Translations under genes and position numbers: made by a program | Notes under the pieces: model-generated | Told to the model about the DNA's origin: nothing | The model's input: only the letters and a program-made list of their open reading frames with translations | Database searches by the model: none | Source: an uncultured Solirubrobacterales bacterium | Lineage (GTDB): Bacteria; Actinomycetota; Thermoleophilia; Solirubrobacterales; Solirubrobacteraceae | Length of the DNA stretch: 64,000 nt | Assembly (NCBI GenBank): GCA_963846765.1 | Contig: CAWJXO010000030.1 | Location: 311,423 to 375,422 of the forward strand | Reading direction: 5' to 3' | In this document: positions 49,971 through 59,260 of the stretch, piece after piece | Layout: the number at the start of each line of letters is the position of its first letter | How positions within the stretch are numbered: position 1 is the stretch's first letter

Positions 49971-50828
49971 CTAGCGCAAGCCGGCCTGCAGCGAAGCCGC
50001 GGTGAGCGTGTTGCGGAGCAGCATCGCGATCGTCATCGGCCCGACCCCGCCGGGCACCGGCGTGATCCATCCCGCTTTGGCCGCGACCGGCTCGAACTGC
50101 ACATCGCCTCTGAGGCCGTCGTCGGTGCGGTTTATCCCGACGTCGATGACGGCGGCGCCCGGCTTCACGAACTCGGCCCCGATCATCTCGGGCCGGCCGA
50201 TCGCCGCGACCAGCACGTCGGCGCGCGAGCACACGCCGGCGAGATCGCGCGTGCGCGAGTGGCACATGGTCACGGTCGCGTTGCGCTCGAGCAGCAGGAA
50301 CGCCACCGGCTTCCCAACCAGATCCGAGCGCCCGACGACGACAGCCTCGGCGCCCTCGAGCGCCACCGAGTACGAGTCGAGCAATTCCATCACCCCGAGG
50401 GGTGTGCACGGCCGCAGCCCCGGTGCGCCCTGCATCAGCCTCCCTGCGCTCACGTGGGTGAGGCCGTCGACGTCCTTGTCGGCCTCGATCAATGCCGTCA
50501 GCTCCTTGCCGTTCAACCCTTTCGGTACGGGCAGCTGGAGCAGGATCCCGCTCACCTCCGGATTGCCGTTGCCGTCCTCGATCACCGCCGCGACGTCGTC
50601 CTGGCTCGCGTCGGCCGGAAGGTGCTGGTGGAAGTCGACGATCCCTACCTCGGCGCACGCCTTGCGCTTGTTCGCGACGTACACGGCGGACGCGGGGTCA
50701 TCGCCGACCAGGATCGTGGCGAGGCCGGGCGCGCCCCCGGTGCGCTCGCGGAACTCCCCCACGTCGCGCGCCACCTCGCCGCGCACCCGCGCGGCAACTT
50801 CCTTGCCATCGATGATCGTCGCGGTCAT
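49971..50828 (-). CDS. folD: Methylenetetrahydrofolate dehydrogenase/cyclohydrolase
   Basis: IIDGK, YVANK, ILLQLP, KDVDG, PCTP, GRSDLVGKP, TPVPGGVGPMT. Confidence 0.97.
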   Translation of the reverse strand: MTATIIDGKEVAARVRGEVARDVGEFRERTGGAPGLATILVGDDPASAVYVANKRKACAEVGIVDFHQHLPADASQDDVAAVIEDGNGNPEVSGILLQLPVPKGLNGKELTALIEADKDVDGLTHVSAGRLMQGAPGLRPCTPLGVMELLDSYSVALEGAEAVVVGRSDLVGKPVAFLLLERNATVTMCHSRTRDLAGVCSRADVLVAAIGRPEMIGAEFVKPGAAVIDVGINRTDDGLRGDVQFEPVAAKAGWITPVPGGVGPMTIAMLLRNTLTAASLQAGLR

Positions 50829-50859
50829 GCGGGGCGTGACCCTAAAGGATCGCGGAGAC

Positions 50860-53076
50860 CTAGCGCTTTGAGATCGGCGCGAGATCCGCGACCATCTTGC
50901 GCTCGGAGTGGTCCTTGCTGAACCGGATCACGACGATCCCACCGGGTTCGAGCCCGGTCACGACGCCTTCGCCGAATTTCGGATGGCTGACGTCCTCGCC
51001 GAGCCTGAACGCCGCGGGCGCCGGCTCCTGCGCATCCCACGACGGGCCGGCGTCGCCGGCGCCCACGGTCCAGGTCGTCGCGCGGGCGCGGACACCGGCG
51101 AGGCCGCGCGGCCGTTGCTGGTCGCTGTCGGTCAGCGCCTCGGGGATCTCGCCGATGAACCGGCTGGGCGCGCCGAAGCTGCGGGCGCCGAACACGCTGC
51201 GGGTGCGGGCGTACGTCAGGTACAGGTCGCGCTGCGCGCGCGTGATGCCCACGTAGCAGAGGCGGCGCTCCTCCTCGAGGTCGCCCTCGTCGAGCGCCCG
51301 CGAGTGTGGGAACACGCCTTCCTCGCACCCGATCATGAACACGATCGGGTACTCGAGACCCTTGGCGTTGTGCAGAGTCATCAGCGTGACCAGCCCGTCG
51401 TCGTCGCTGCGATCGTCCGCATCGGAGATCAGCGCGATCTGCTCGAGGAAGTCGGCCAGCGACGGTTCGCGCGCCGGATCGGCCTCCGAAAGGTTGTCGT
51501 ACTCGGCTGCAACGTTGATCAACTCCTCGAGGTTCTCGAGCCGTCCCTGCGCCTCGATCGTGCGCTCGGCCTCGAGCGCCTCGAGGTACCCGGTCTCCTG
51601 GAGGACCTCCTTGAGCAACTCCGCGATCGCCGGCCGCGACTCGGCGCGCTCGCGCAGCGTGTGCATCGTCGACATGAATCGCTTGAACGCCTTGACCGCC
51701 GGCCCGCCCAGCCCCGGCACCTGCTCGGGCTCGGACGCCGCGTCCCAGATCGACATCCCGGTGGTGTTGGAGAACGCGAGGAGCCGCGACATCGACGTCG
51801 AGCCGATCCCGCGGCGCGGCGAGTTGACGATCCGGGTGAACGCGCCGGCGTCCTGCGAATTGATCAGGGTGATCAGGTATGCGACCGCGTCCTTGATCTC
51901 GGCGCGCTCGTAGAACTTGGTGCCCCCGATCACCTGATACGGGATGTCCGCGCGCACGAGCGTGTCCTGGAGCACGCGCGACTGGGCGTTGGTCCGGTAG
52001 AACACCGCGACCTCGGCGCGTGACACTCCTTCGTCGAGCAGTCGCTGGACCTCGCCGGTGACGAACCGCGCCTCAGCGTGCTCGTCCTCGAGCTCGCGGA
52101 CCTTGATCGGATCGCCCGGCCCGAGATCCGTCCACAGCGACTTCGGCTTCTGCCCGCGGTTGTTGCGGATGACCGCGTTCGCCGCATCGAGGATCGTCTG
52201 CGTCGAGCGGTAGTTCTGCTCGAGCTTGACCACGTGGGCGTCGGGGAACGTGTCCTCGAACTCGAGGATGTTCCGGATGTCGGCGCCACGGAAGCCGTAG
52301 ATCGACTGGGCGTCGTCGCCGACGACCATCAGGTTCCGCCGCTCCTCGGCCAGCAGCTGGAGCCAGCGGTACTGGGCGTGGTTGGTGTCCTGGTACTCGT
52401 CGACAAGCACGTGGCGGAACGTGCCCGCGTACTGGTCGCGCACCTCCTGGAACAGCTCGAGCACGTTGACCGCGCGGACCAGCAGGTCGTCGAAGTCCAT
52501 CGCGTTCATGCGGTGCAGCTCGCGCTCGTAGGCCCGGTAAACGTCCGCCACCGTCTGCTCGAAGAACGAGCCCACCATCTGCGCATACGAATCCGCGTCG
52601 CGGAGCTTGTTCTTGGCGTCGGAGATCTGGTTGTGGATCGACCCCGGCGTGAACCGCTTGGGGTCGATCCCGAGCTCGTCCAGGCAGCGCTTGATCAGCC
52701 GGCGCGCGTCCGCCTGGTCGTAGATCGTGAACCGGCGTGTGTACCCGAGCTTGTCGGCGTGGGCACGGAGCATCCGGGCGCAGGCGGCGTGAAACGTCAT
52801 CACCCACATCGCGCGGACCCGGCGGCCGACCAGCAGCTCGGCGCGGTCGCGCATCTCCCCCGCCGCCTTGTTCGTGAACGTGATCGCGAGGATCTCGTTC
52901 GGTTTGGCCGCGTCGGTCGCGACCAGATACGCGATCCGGTGAGTGAGCACGCGGGTCTTGCCCGACCCGGCGCCGGCCAGGATGAGCAGCGGCCCCTCGC
53001 CGTACGTGACGGCCTCCCGCTGGGGGTCGTTCAGGCCGGAGAGAAGGGCCTCGAGCTCGGTGGCGGTGTCGGCCAT
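50860..53076 (-). CDS. pcrA: ATP-dependent DNA helicase PcrA/UvrD
   Basis: AGAGSGKT, TFTNKAA, VDEYQDTN, VGDDAQSIY, QNYRST, TLHNAKGLE, EERRLCYVGITRA, C-terminal Tudor-like HPKFGEG. Start is 53076 or 53133. Confidence 0.96.
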   Translation of the reverse strand: MADTATELEALLSGLNDPQREAVTYGEGPLLILAGAGSGKTRVLTHRIAYLVATDAAKPNEILAITFTNKAAGEMRDRAELLVGRRVRAMWVMTFHAACARMLRAHADKLGYTRRFTIYDQADARRLIKRCLDELGIDPKRFTPGSIHNQISDAKNKLRDADSYAQMVGSFFEQTVADVYRAYERELHRMNAMDFDDLLVRAVNVLELFQEVRDQYAGTFRHVLVDEYQDTNHAQYRWLQLLAEERRNLMVVGDDAQSIYGFRGADIRNILEFEDTFPDAHVVKLEQNYRSTQTILDAANAVIRNNRGQKPKSLWTDLGPGDPIKVRELEDEHAEARFVTGEVQRLLDEGVSRAEVAVFYRTNAQSRVLQDTLVRADIPYQVIGGTKFYERAEIKDAVAYLITLINSQDAGAFTRIVNSPRRGIGSTSMSRLLAFSNTTGMSIWDAASEPEQVPGLGGPAVKAFKRFMSTMHTLRERAESRPAIAELLKEVLQETGYLEALEAERTIEAQGRLENLEELINVAAEYDNLSEADPAREPSLADFLEQIALISDADDRSDDDGLVTLMTLHNAKGLEYPIVFMIGCEEGVFPHSRALDEGDLEEERRLCYVGITRAQRDLYLTYARTRSVFGARSFGAPSRFIGEIPEALTDSDQQRPRGLAGVRARATTWTVGAGDAGPSWDAQEPAPAAFRLGEDVSHPKFGEGVVTGLEPGGIVVIRFSKDHSERKMVADLAPISKR

Positions 53077-53144
53077 GGATCGATCTTCAACGGTAGCGGG
53101 GGCAGTGGTCGTCGCCTCCGCCCTGACAGTCATCCTTTCCGGCT

Positions 53145-54071
53145 GTGAGCGACCTCCTGACCCGGCTTCGATCGTCCTGCCAGACCGTCTCTGAAACCGC
53201 CCGCTACGTGCGGGTCGACCACGACCGAACGTCTGCCTACATCGGGACCCTCCCGGTCGATCTTCCCGCCCCCGAGCCGGACCCCGACGCCCACCTGACC
53301 ACCGGCACGCGTGAGGAGCTCACGGCATTCTGGCTGACGCTCGACGCGATCAACTTCGGCTCGGGCTGGTTCCCCACCCTGCGAAAGCGCGACGGCCGCT
53401 CGGGTTACTACACGGTCGCGACCCGCGTCCGCGACCGGTTCGCAGCCGACGGGCCGTGGAGCGCAGCCGAGCTCGCCACCATCGACGCCCACGAGATCGC
53501 GAACACGCTCGGCCAGGACCCCGACCACGAGCTGATGGGGCTTTTCACGAGCTCGCTCAACGACCTCGGGCAACACGTGGCGGACGACCACGGCGGGCGG
53601 TTCGCCGCCGTCTCGGACGCGGCCGGAAGCTCGGCGGTCGCGCTGGTCGAGGGCCTGGCGACGTGGGACTCGTTCGCGGACACCTCGCGCTACGACGGGC
53701 TCGAGGTGCCGTTCCTCAAGCGCGCGCAGATCGTGGCCGCCGACCTGGCACGCTCGGGGGTCGCCGCCTTCCGCGACCTGGACCGGCTGACGATGTTCGC
53801 CGACAACCTGGTTCCCCACGTCCTGCGGGTGGACGCCCTCCTCACCTACGACGAGGAACTCCTGGACCGAATCGACCGGGGCGAGCTGATCGAGCACGAC
53901 TCGCCCGAGGAGATCGAGATCCGCGCCTGTGCGCTGCATACGGTCGAGCTTCTCACCGAGCAGCGCGCCGGCGCGCTGGCGGCGGATATCGACGCGCTCC
54001 TGTGGCACCGCGGCCAGGAGGCGCGCTACAAGGCCGTGCCGCGCCACCGCTCCCGCTGCACGGCCTACTGA
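53145..54071 (+). CDS. Queuosine salvage protein (DUF2419/Qng1-like N-glycosylase)
   Basis: LDAINFG, FLKRAQI, LTMFADN.VP.VL, EEIEIRA, D..LW..G, HRSRCTAY. Confidence 0.85.
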   Translation: MSDLLTRLRSSCQTVSETARYVRVDHDRTSAYIGTLPVDLPAPEPDPDAHLTTGTREELTAFWLTLDAINFGSGWFPTLRKRDGRSGYYTVATRVRDRFAADGPWSAAELATIDAHEIANTLGQDPDHELMGLFTSSLNDLGQHVADDHGGRFAAVSDAAGSSAVALVEGLATWDSFADTSRYDGLEVPFLKRAQIVAADLARSGVAAFRDLDRLTMFADNLVPHVLRVDALLTYDEELLDRIDRGELIEHDSPEEIEIRACALHTVELLTEQRAGALAADIDALLWHRGQEARYKAVPRHRSRCTAY

Positions 54072-54139
54072 CTCCGGGCCACGCCGCCTAAGGCTCGTGG
54101 GTGCCTCGGCCGAGATACGAGGTACGCAAAGGTCGGTGG

Positions 54140-54646
54140 CGCTCCTGCGCGCCGGGGTCGGCCGGGTCGTCGGCGGATACGGCACACTCGTGCTGCTGCC
54201 GGTCATCTGGGCAGCGCTCCGTAATCGCCGGCTCGAGCTTGTGCTCGCGGTCGCCGGCGCCGTCGTCGAGCGCCGATACGCGTACCGAGACGTGACCGAG
54301 CGCGTCCAGCGCGAGGAGGAGCAACGTGCGCTGTCCCGCCTGGCTACGCTCGCCGTGCTCGACATCGACCATTTCAAGCACGTCAACGACACCCACCGCC
54401 ACCAGTCCGGGGATCGCGTCCTGGCGGAGGTCGCCCAGCAGCTCGCGACCGAGGCCCGCAGCGCTCAGATTGCCCGATGGCGTCGTGGTCACGGTGTCCG
54501 CCGGTGTCTGCGGATTCGCCCACGACCTCGATGCTCAGGCGTCGATCGGGTGCGCCGACGAAGCCCTTTACGCCGCCAAGCACGCCGGTCGCGATCGCAC
54601 GATCGTGCACGGCGACGTGCAGTCGCCAGACCGTCGCGCCGCGTAA
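54140..54646 (+). pseudogene. GGDEF-domain remnant (internal deletion plus frameshift)
   Basis: LAVLDIDHFKHVNDTHRHQSGDRVL is in one frame and VTVSAGV..ADEALYAAKHAGRDR in another. The GG[DE]EF segment is absent. Confidence 0.78.
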
Positions 54647-54730
54647 TGGTCTGGATTCTGACATTCGCACGCGGCCAGCGGCCCTTCCCAAAGCTTCAGT
54701 AGCCGGTCAATCGTCCGATAAGCGGGCTGA

Positions 54731-56086
54731 ATGCGTGGCACAGATGGCACCGAGGCGTCCCTGCGTCCCCGGCCTGACCGGCCGCGGTCCGCTGCGCCCG
54801 CGGCGCTCGATCCGCGGCGCGCGCTTCGCTGGGGCGAGCGCCAGCACGATCGCTGGCTCGAGCGGTGGATCCGCTCGACCGAAGATCTAGCCCGGCTCCA
54901 GTACTCCCATCGCATGCTCGACGCCGTCATCGACGAGATCGATGGCCGCCAGATCCGCGTGGGCAAGCAGTGGCTCACCGACTACGCGTCGTGCAACTAC
55001 CTCGGGCTCGATCTCGACGAGGAGATCATCGATGCGGTCCCCGGCTATCTCAAGCGCTGGGGCACGCATCCGAGCTGGTCTCGTCTCCTCGGCAGCCCGG
55101 TCCTGTACCAGGAGATCGAGGACAGGCTCACCGAGCTGCTGGGCGCCGAGGACAGCCTGTTGCTGCCGACGATCACCCACATCCACATGTCGGTGATTCC
55201 GGTCCTCGCCGGCGGCGGCACGGTGTTCCTGGACAGCCGCGCCCACAAGACGATCTACGACGGTTGCGCCCTGGCCCAGGCCCGCGGCGCCGCGATCCAG
55301 CGGTTCGCGCATGAGGATCTCAACCATCTCGAGGCGCTCCTGCGGGACTCGAGCTGGCGGCGCCCCGGGATCATCTGCATCGACGGCGTCAACAGCATGA
55401 CCGGGAACGCTCCGGACCTCACCGCGTTCGCCGCGCTGGCCCGTGAGCACGACGTGATCCTCTACGTCGACGACGCGCACGGCTTCGGCGTGATCGGCGA
55501 GCGCTCGCCGGACGAGCCGTGCGACTACGGCGTCCGCGGCAACAGCATCGTCCGGCACGTCGGCGAGGGCTACGAGAACGTCGTCCTCGTCGGCGGCTTC
55601 TCGAAGGCCTACTCGTCGCTGCTCGCGTTCATCTCATGCCCGACGGCGCTCAAGCAGGTGCTCAAGACCGCGGCGCCCCCCTACCTCTATTCGGGCCCGT
55701 CGCCCGTGGCCTCGCTCGCCACCGTACTCGAGGGCCTCCGCGTCAACGACGTCCGCGGCGATCAGCTCCGCGGCAAGCTCCACCACCTCACCGCGCGCGT
55801 CCTGCACCGGCTCGGGGAGCTCGGCGTCTACTCCCCGAACCACTCCGGGTTCCCGATCATCGAGGTGCCGCTCGCCGACCCCGACAGCGTCGCCGAGGTC
55901 GGCGACATGCTGTTCAACCGCGGCATCTACGTGACGATGGCGGTCTATCCGCTCGTCCCGCGCGACGAGATCGGGTTCCGCCTCCAGCTCACCGCAGCGA
56001 ACACCGACGAACAGGTCGACCACCTGTGCGTCGTTCTAGGCGAAGTCGCCGAGCGCTTCAAGCTTCAGCGCGTCGCGGGCGACTAA
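54731..56086 (+). CDS. PLP-dependent alpha-oxoamine synthase-family enzyme (BioF/Kbl/CqsA-like)
   Basis: YASCNYLG, DGVNSMTG, VDDAHGFG, GFSKAY (PLP lysine), YPLVP..FRLQLTA. Confidence 0.9.
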   Translation: MRGTDGTEASLRPRPDRPRSAAPAALDPRRALRWGERQHDRWLERWIRSTEDLARLQYSHRMLDAVIDEIDGRQIRVGKQWLTDYASCNYLGLDLDEEIIDAVPGYLKRWGTHPSWSRLLGSPVLYQEIEDRLTELLGAEDSLLLPTITHIHMSVIPVLAGGGTVFLDSRAHKTIYDGCALAQARGAAIQRFAHEDLNHLEALLRDSSWRRPGIICIDGVNSMTGNAPDLTAFAALAREHDVILYVDDAHGFGVIGERSPDEPCDYGVRGNSIVRHVGEGYENVVLVGGFSKAYSSLLAFISCPTALKQVLKTAAPPYLYSGPSPVASLATVLEGLRVNDVRGDQLRGKLHHLTARVLHRLGELGVYSPNHSGFPIIEVPLADPDSVAEVGDMLFNRGIYVTMAVYPLVPRDEIGFRLQLTAANTDEQVDHLCVVLGEVAERFKLQRVAGD

Positions 56087-56097
56087 GGGGTCAGACG

Positions 56098-59000
56098 ATG
56101 TCCGCCTCGCCTCTCAAAACCGCCGCCGACCGACGCCACCTCTGGTGGGTATTCCTCGCATTCGGCGCGTTCTTGACCGGACTCTACGTGCTCGTGCCGC
56201 CGCTCAAGGGCAGCCCGCTCGTGATCAACGGCCTCGGGCTCTATGGCCTGCTCGCGATGGTCGCCGGCATCCGCTTCCACCAGCCGCGCGCCCGGGCGGC
56301 GTGGTGGCTGTTCGTCCTGGGCGTGTTCCTGTTCTGGGTCGGCGACGTCTACACGTACAGCATCCGGATCCTGGTCAACGTCGCGGTGCCGTTCCCGTCG
56401 TTCGGCGACGCGGTGTACCTGACGATGTATCCGGTCCTGATGGTCGGGATCATGCTTCTCGTCCGTCGTCGCACCCAGCGAGCCGACGGCCCGGGCGCCG
56501 TCGACGCCCTGATCATGACCCTGGGGCTGGCCCTGGTCTCCGGGATCATCCTGATCGCCCCCTACGTCCACGACAGCACGCTCGGGCTGGTGCCGAAGCT
56601 CGTCTCGATCGGCTACCCGATGGGGGACATCATCCTGCTGGCCGCCGGAATCCGGATGGCCGTGGACGCCGGCAAGCGCCGGCCGGCCTTCTACCTGCTG
56701 ATCGCCGGGATCGTCTCGATGCTGGTCACCGACGACACCTACGGCGTGCTGACCCTGCACAACGTCTACAACCATCAGCTATGGCTGGACGCGGGGTGGA
56801 TCTTCTTCTACCTGTTCTGGGGTGCGGCGGCACTCCATCCATCGATGCAGGAGCTGTCCGACGTCGAGGTCGATCGCCAGCCCCGGCTCACGCCGCTGCG
56901 GCTGGCGCTGCTCGCCGGCGCGACCCTGATCGCCCCCGCGCTCGAGATCGTCAAGGTGATCCCGATGCGCAACTGGGACCTGCTGTTCATCGTCGGTGCT
57001 TCCGCGGTGATGTTCTCTTTGGTCGTCGCACGCATGACCGGTCTGGTGCGCCAGCGCGAGAAGTCGGTGGCGCGCGAGCGCGCGCTGAGCGCCGCCGGCG
57101 GTCTGCTGGTGGCGGCAAGCGATCCGCAGGACGTCGTCAGCGCTGCCCTTCAGGCGGTCGCCGAGTTCGGCGAGGCCCGCGTCGACGCGCGCGTGTGCCG
57201 GACCTTCGGCGACCAGGAGCGGGTGATGGCGCTCGACGAAGACGGCGCCCTGACCGACTGGGCGATCTCGGCCGAAGCGTCGGGATACCTGCACGACTCG
57301 GGCGCCAGCGGCATGCTGAAGCTTCCGGCCGGCGCGCGCGCGGAGCTGCGCCTGCCCGCCGGTGACGACCCCGTCCTGCTGCTCGAGCTCCGTCCCGCGG
57401 AGCCCGCGGGCGCCGGCCTTCTGCTGATCCTCGCCGGCGAGGCCGCCGACGACGAGGAGACGCGATACGCGCTTCGGACGCTGGCTCACCAGGTTGCGCT
57501 GGCCCTGAGCAGCGCCGAGCTCTCGGCCGAGGTCCACCGGCAGGCCAGCGAGGCGCGGTTCGCGACGCTTGTCCAGAACTCGAGCGACCTGATCACGGTG
57601 CTCGATGCCGGCAACACGGTCCTCTATCAGAGCCCGTCGATCGAGCGCGTGCTCGGCTACACGGTCGAGGAGGTCACCGGCCGCCCGTTCGAGCAGTTGC
57701 TGCACCCCGATGAGCAGGGGCGTCTGCTGCGCCGCCTCACCGACGGCGCCGGCGGAGCCGGTCGCTCCGAGGTGATCGACTGCCTGCTCGCGCACAAGGA
57801 CGGCAGCCTGCGTCACTTCGAGATCCTCCACGCCGACCTCCTCAGCGACACCGCGGTCGGCGGGATCGTGCTGAACGGCCGCGACGTCTCGGAGCGCAAG
57901 GCGTTCGAGGAGCAGCTCGCACACCAGGCCTTCCACGATCCGGTGACCCACCTCGCCAACCGGGCGCTGTTCAACGAGCGCGTCCGCCACGCGGTCGCGA
58001 GGATTCTCCGCGACGGCATCGGGATGGCTGTGCTGTTCGTCGACCTCGACGACTTCAAGACCGTCAACGACAGCCTCGGCCACGCCACTGGCGACCGGGT
58101 CCTGCTCGAGGTGGCCCAGCGCGTCTCCGCGAGCGTCCGGGCCGCCGACACCGCCGCGCGCTTCGGCGGCGACGAGTTCGCGATCCTGCTCGAAGATGTC
58201 CACGACCCGCAGGTGGCGGTCGAGACCGCCGAGCGCATCCTCGACTCGCTCGTCCGCCCGCTCGAGCTCGACAACACCCACCTGATCATCCGCGCCAGCC
58301 TCGGCATCTCGGTTGTCGAGCCGGGGAACGCGACCGACGCCGACGAGCTCATCCGCAACGCGGACGCTGCGATGTACATCGCCAAGGCGGAGGGCAAGGG
58401 CGGCTACCGCCTGTTCGAGCCCGCCATGCACGACCGGGTAGTGGCGCGGCTGGCGCTCCGCGCGGACCTGCTGCGGGCGCTCGAGCGCGAGGAGTTCGAG
58501 CTTCATTATCAGCCGCTCGTCCGTCTCCAGGACGAGGTCGTGACCGGCGTCGAGGCGCTCGTACGCTGGCGCCATCCCGAGCGAGGGCTGATCCCGCCGT
58601 TTGACTTCATCCCGTTCGCCGAGGAAAGCGGGCTGATCGTCGACATCGGCCGCTGGGTGCTCCGCGAGGGCTGCCGGCAGGCGAAGGCCTTCCGGGAACA
58701 AATCACCGCTCCGACGCTCCCGTCGATCGGCATCAACCTTTCGGTCAAGCAGCTGTTCCACTCCGACATCGTCAACGACGTCGCGAACGCGCTGGCGCAG
58801 GCCGACCTCGAGCCCGAGGCCCTGACGCTCGAGATCACCGAGTCGGTGATGATGACCGACACCGAACTGGCGATCAATCGCCTCAATCAGCTGCGCGAGC
58901 TGGGCGTGCGCCTGGCGATGGACGACTTCGGCACCGGTTATTCGTCGCTGAGCTCGCTGAGCATGCTTCCGCTCGACATCCTCAAGATGGACCGCTCGCT

Positions 59001-59256
59001 GCTGGCCGCGGGCGCTTCGCCCGTGACCTCCGGGCTCGCCTCCGCGGTGCTGAGCCTCGGCGAGACGTTCGCGCTCGAGGTCGTGGCCGAAGGCATCGAG
59101 TTCCCCGAGCAGTCGGCCACGCTCAAGGACCTCGGCTGCGACACCGGGCAGGGCTTCTACTTCGCCAGGCCGATGGAGCCCGACCGTCTGATCAGGTTCC
59201 TGGCCGAGCGGGCCGACGCGGCCGAGGGAACAGCGGTCTCCACCGGCTCCGACTGA
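56098..59256 (+). CDS. Multi-TM sensor PAS-GGDEF-EAL diguanylate cyclase/phosphodiesterase (~1052 aa)
   Basis: About 10 TM N-terminus, GAF-like linker, PAS (LVQNSSDLI..LLHPDE), HDPVTHLANR, RAAD I-site + FGGDEF, EALVRW, DDFGTGYSS, AEGIE. ATG is 11 nt after the AONS stop. Confidence 0.94.
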   Translation: MSASPLKTAADRRHLWWVFLAFGAFLTGLYVLVPPLKGSPLVINGLGLYGLLAMVAGIRFHQPRARAAWWLFVLGVFLFWVGDVYTYSIRILVNVAVPFPSFGDAVYLTMYPVLMVGIMLLVRRRTQRADGPGAVDALIMTLGLALVSGIILIAPYVHDSTLGLVPKLVSIGYPMGDIILLAAGIRMAVDAGKRRPAFYLLIAGIVSMLVTDDTYGVLTLHNVYNHQLWLDAGWIFFYLFWGAAALHPSMQELSDVEVDRQPRLTPLRLALLAGATLIAPALEIVKVIPMRNWDLLFIVGASAVMFSLVVARMTGLVRQREKSVARERALSAAGGLLVAASDPQDVVSAALQAVAEFGEARVDARVCRTFGDQERVMALDEDGALTDWAISAEASGYLHDSGASGMLKLPAGARAELRLPAGDDPVLLLELRPAEPAGAGLLLILAGEAADDEETRYALRTLAHQVALALSSAELSAEVHRQASEARFATLVQNSSDLITVLDAGNTVLYQSPSIERVLGYTVEEVTGRPFEQLLHPDEQGRLLRRLTDGAGGAGRSEVIDCLLAHKDGSLRHFEILHADLLSDTAVGGIVLNGRDVSERKAFEEQLAHQAFHDPVTHLANRALFNERVRHAVARILRDGIGMAVLFVDLDDFKTVNDSLGHATGDRVLLEVAQRVSASVRAADTAARFGGDEFAILLEDVHDPQVAVETAERILDSLVRPLELDNTHLIIRASLGISVVEPGNATDADELIRNADAAMYIAKAEGKGGYRLFEPAMHDRVVARLALRADLLRALEREEFELHYQPLVRLQDEVVTGVEALVRWRHPERGLIPPFDFIPFAEESGLIVDIGRWVLREGCRQAKAFREQITAPTLPSIGINLSVKQLFHSDIVNDVANALAQADLEPEALTLEITESVMMTDTELAINRLNQLRELGVRLAMDDFGTGYSSLSSLSMLPLDILKMDRSLLAAGASPVTSGLASAVLSLGETFALEVVAEGIEFPEQSATLKDLGCDTGQGFYFARPMEPDRLIRFLAERADAAEGTAVSTGSD

Positions 59257-59260
59257 GCCG

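Noticed and set aside
56779-58761. 660-aa minus-strand ORF
   Set aside because: Antisense shadow of the PAS-GGDEF-EAL gene.
54731-59256. AONS-GGDEF/EAL single fusion, or a 1245-aa ORF from 55519
   Set aside because: AONS has its own TAA at 56086 and the sensor has an ATG at 56098 in a different frame; the upstream extension is Arg-rich off-frame sequence.
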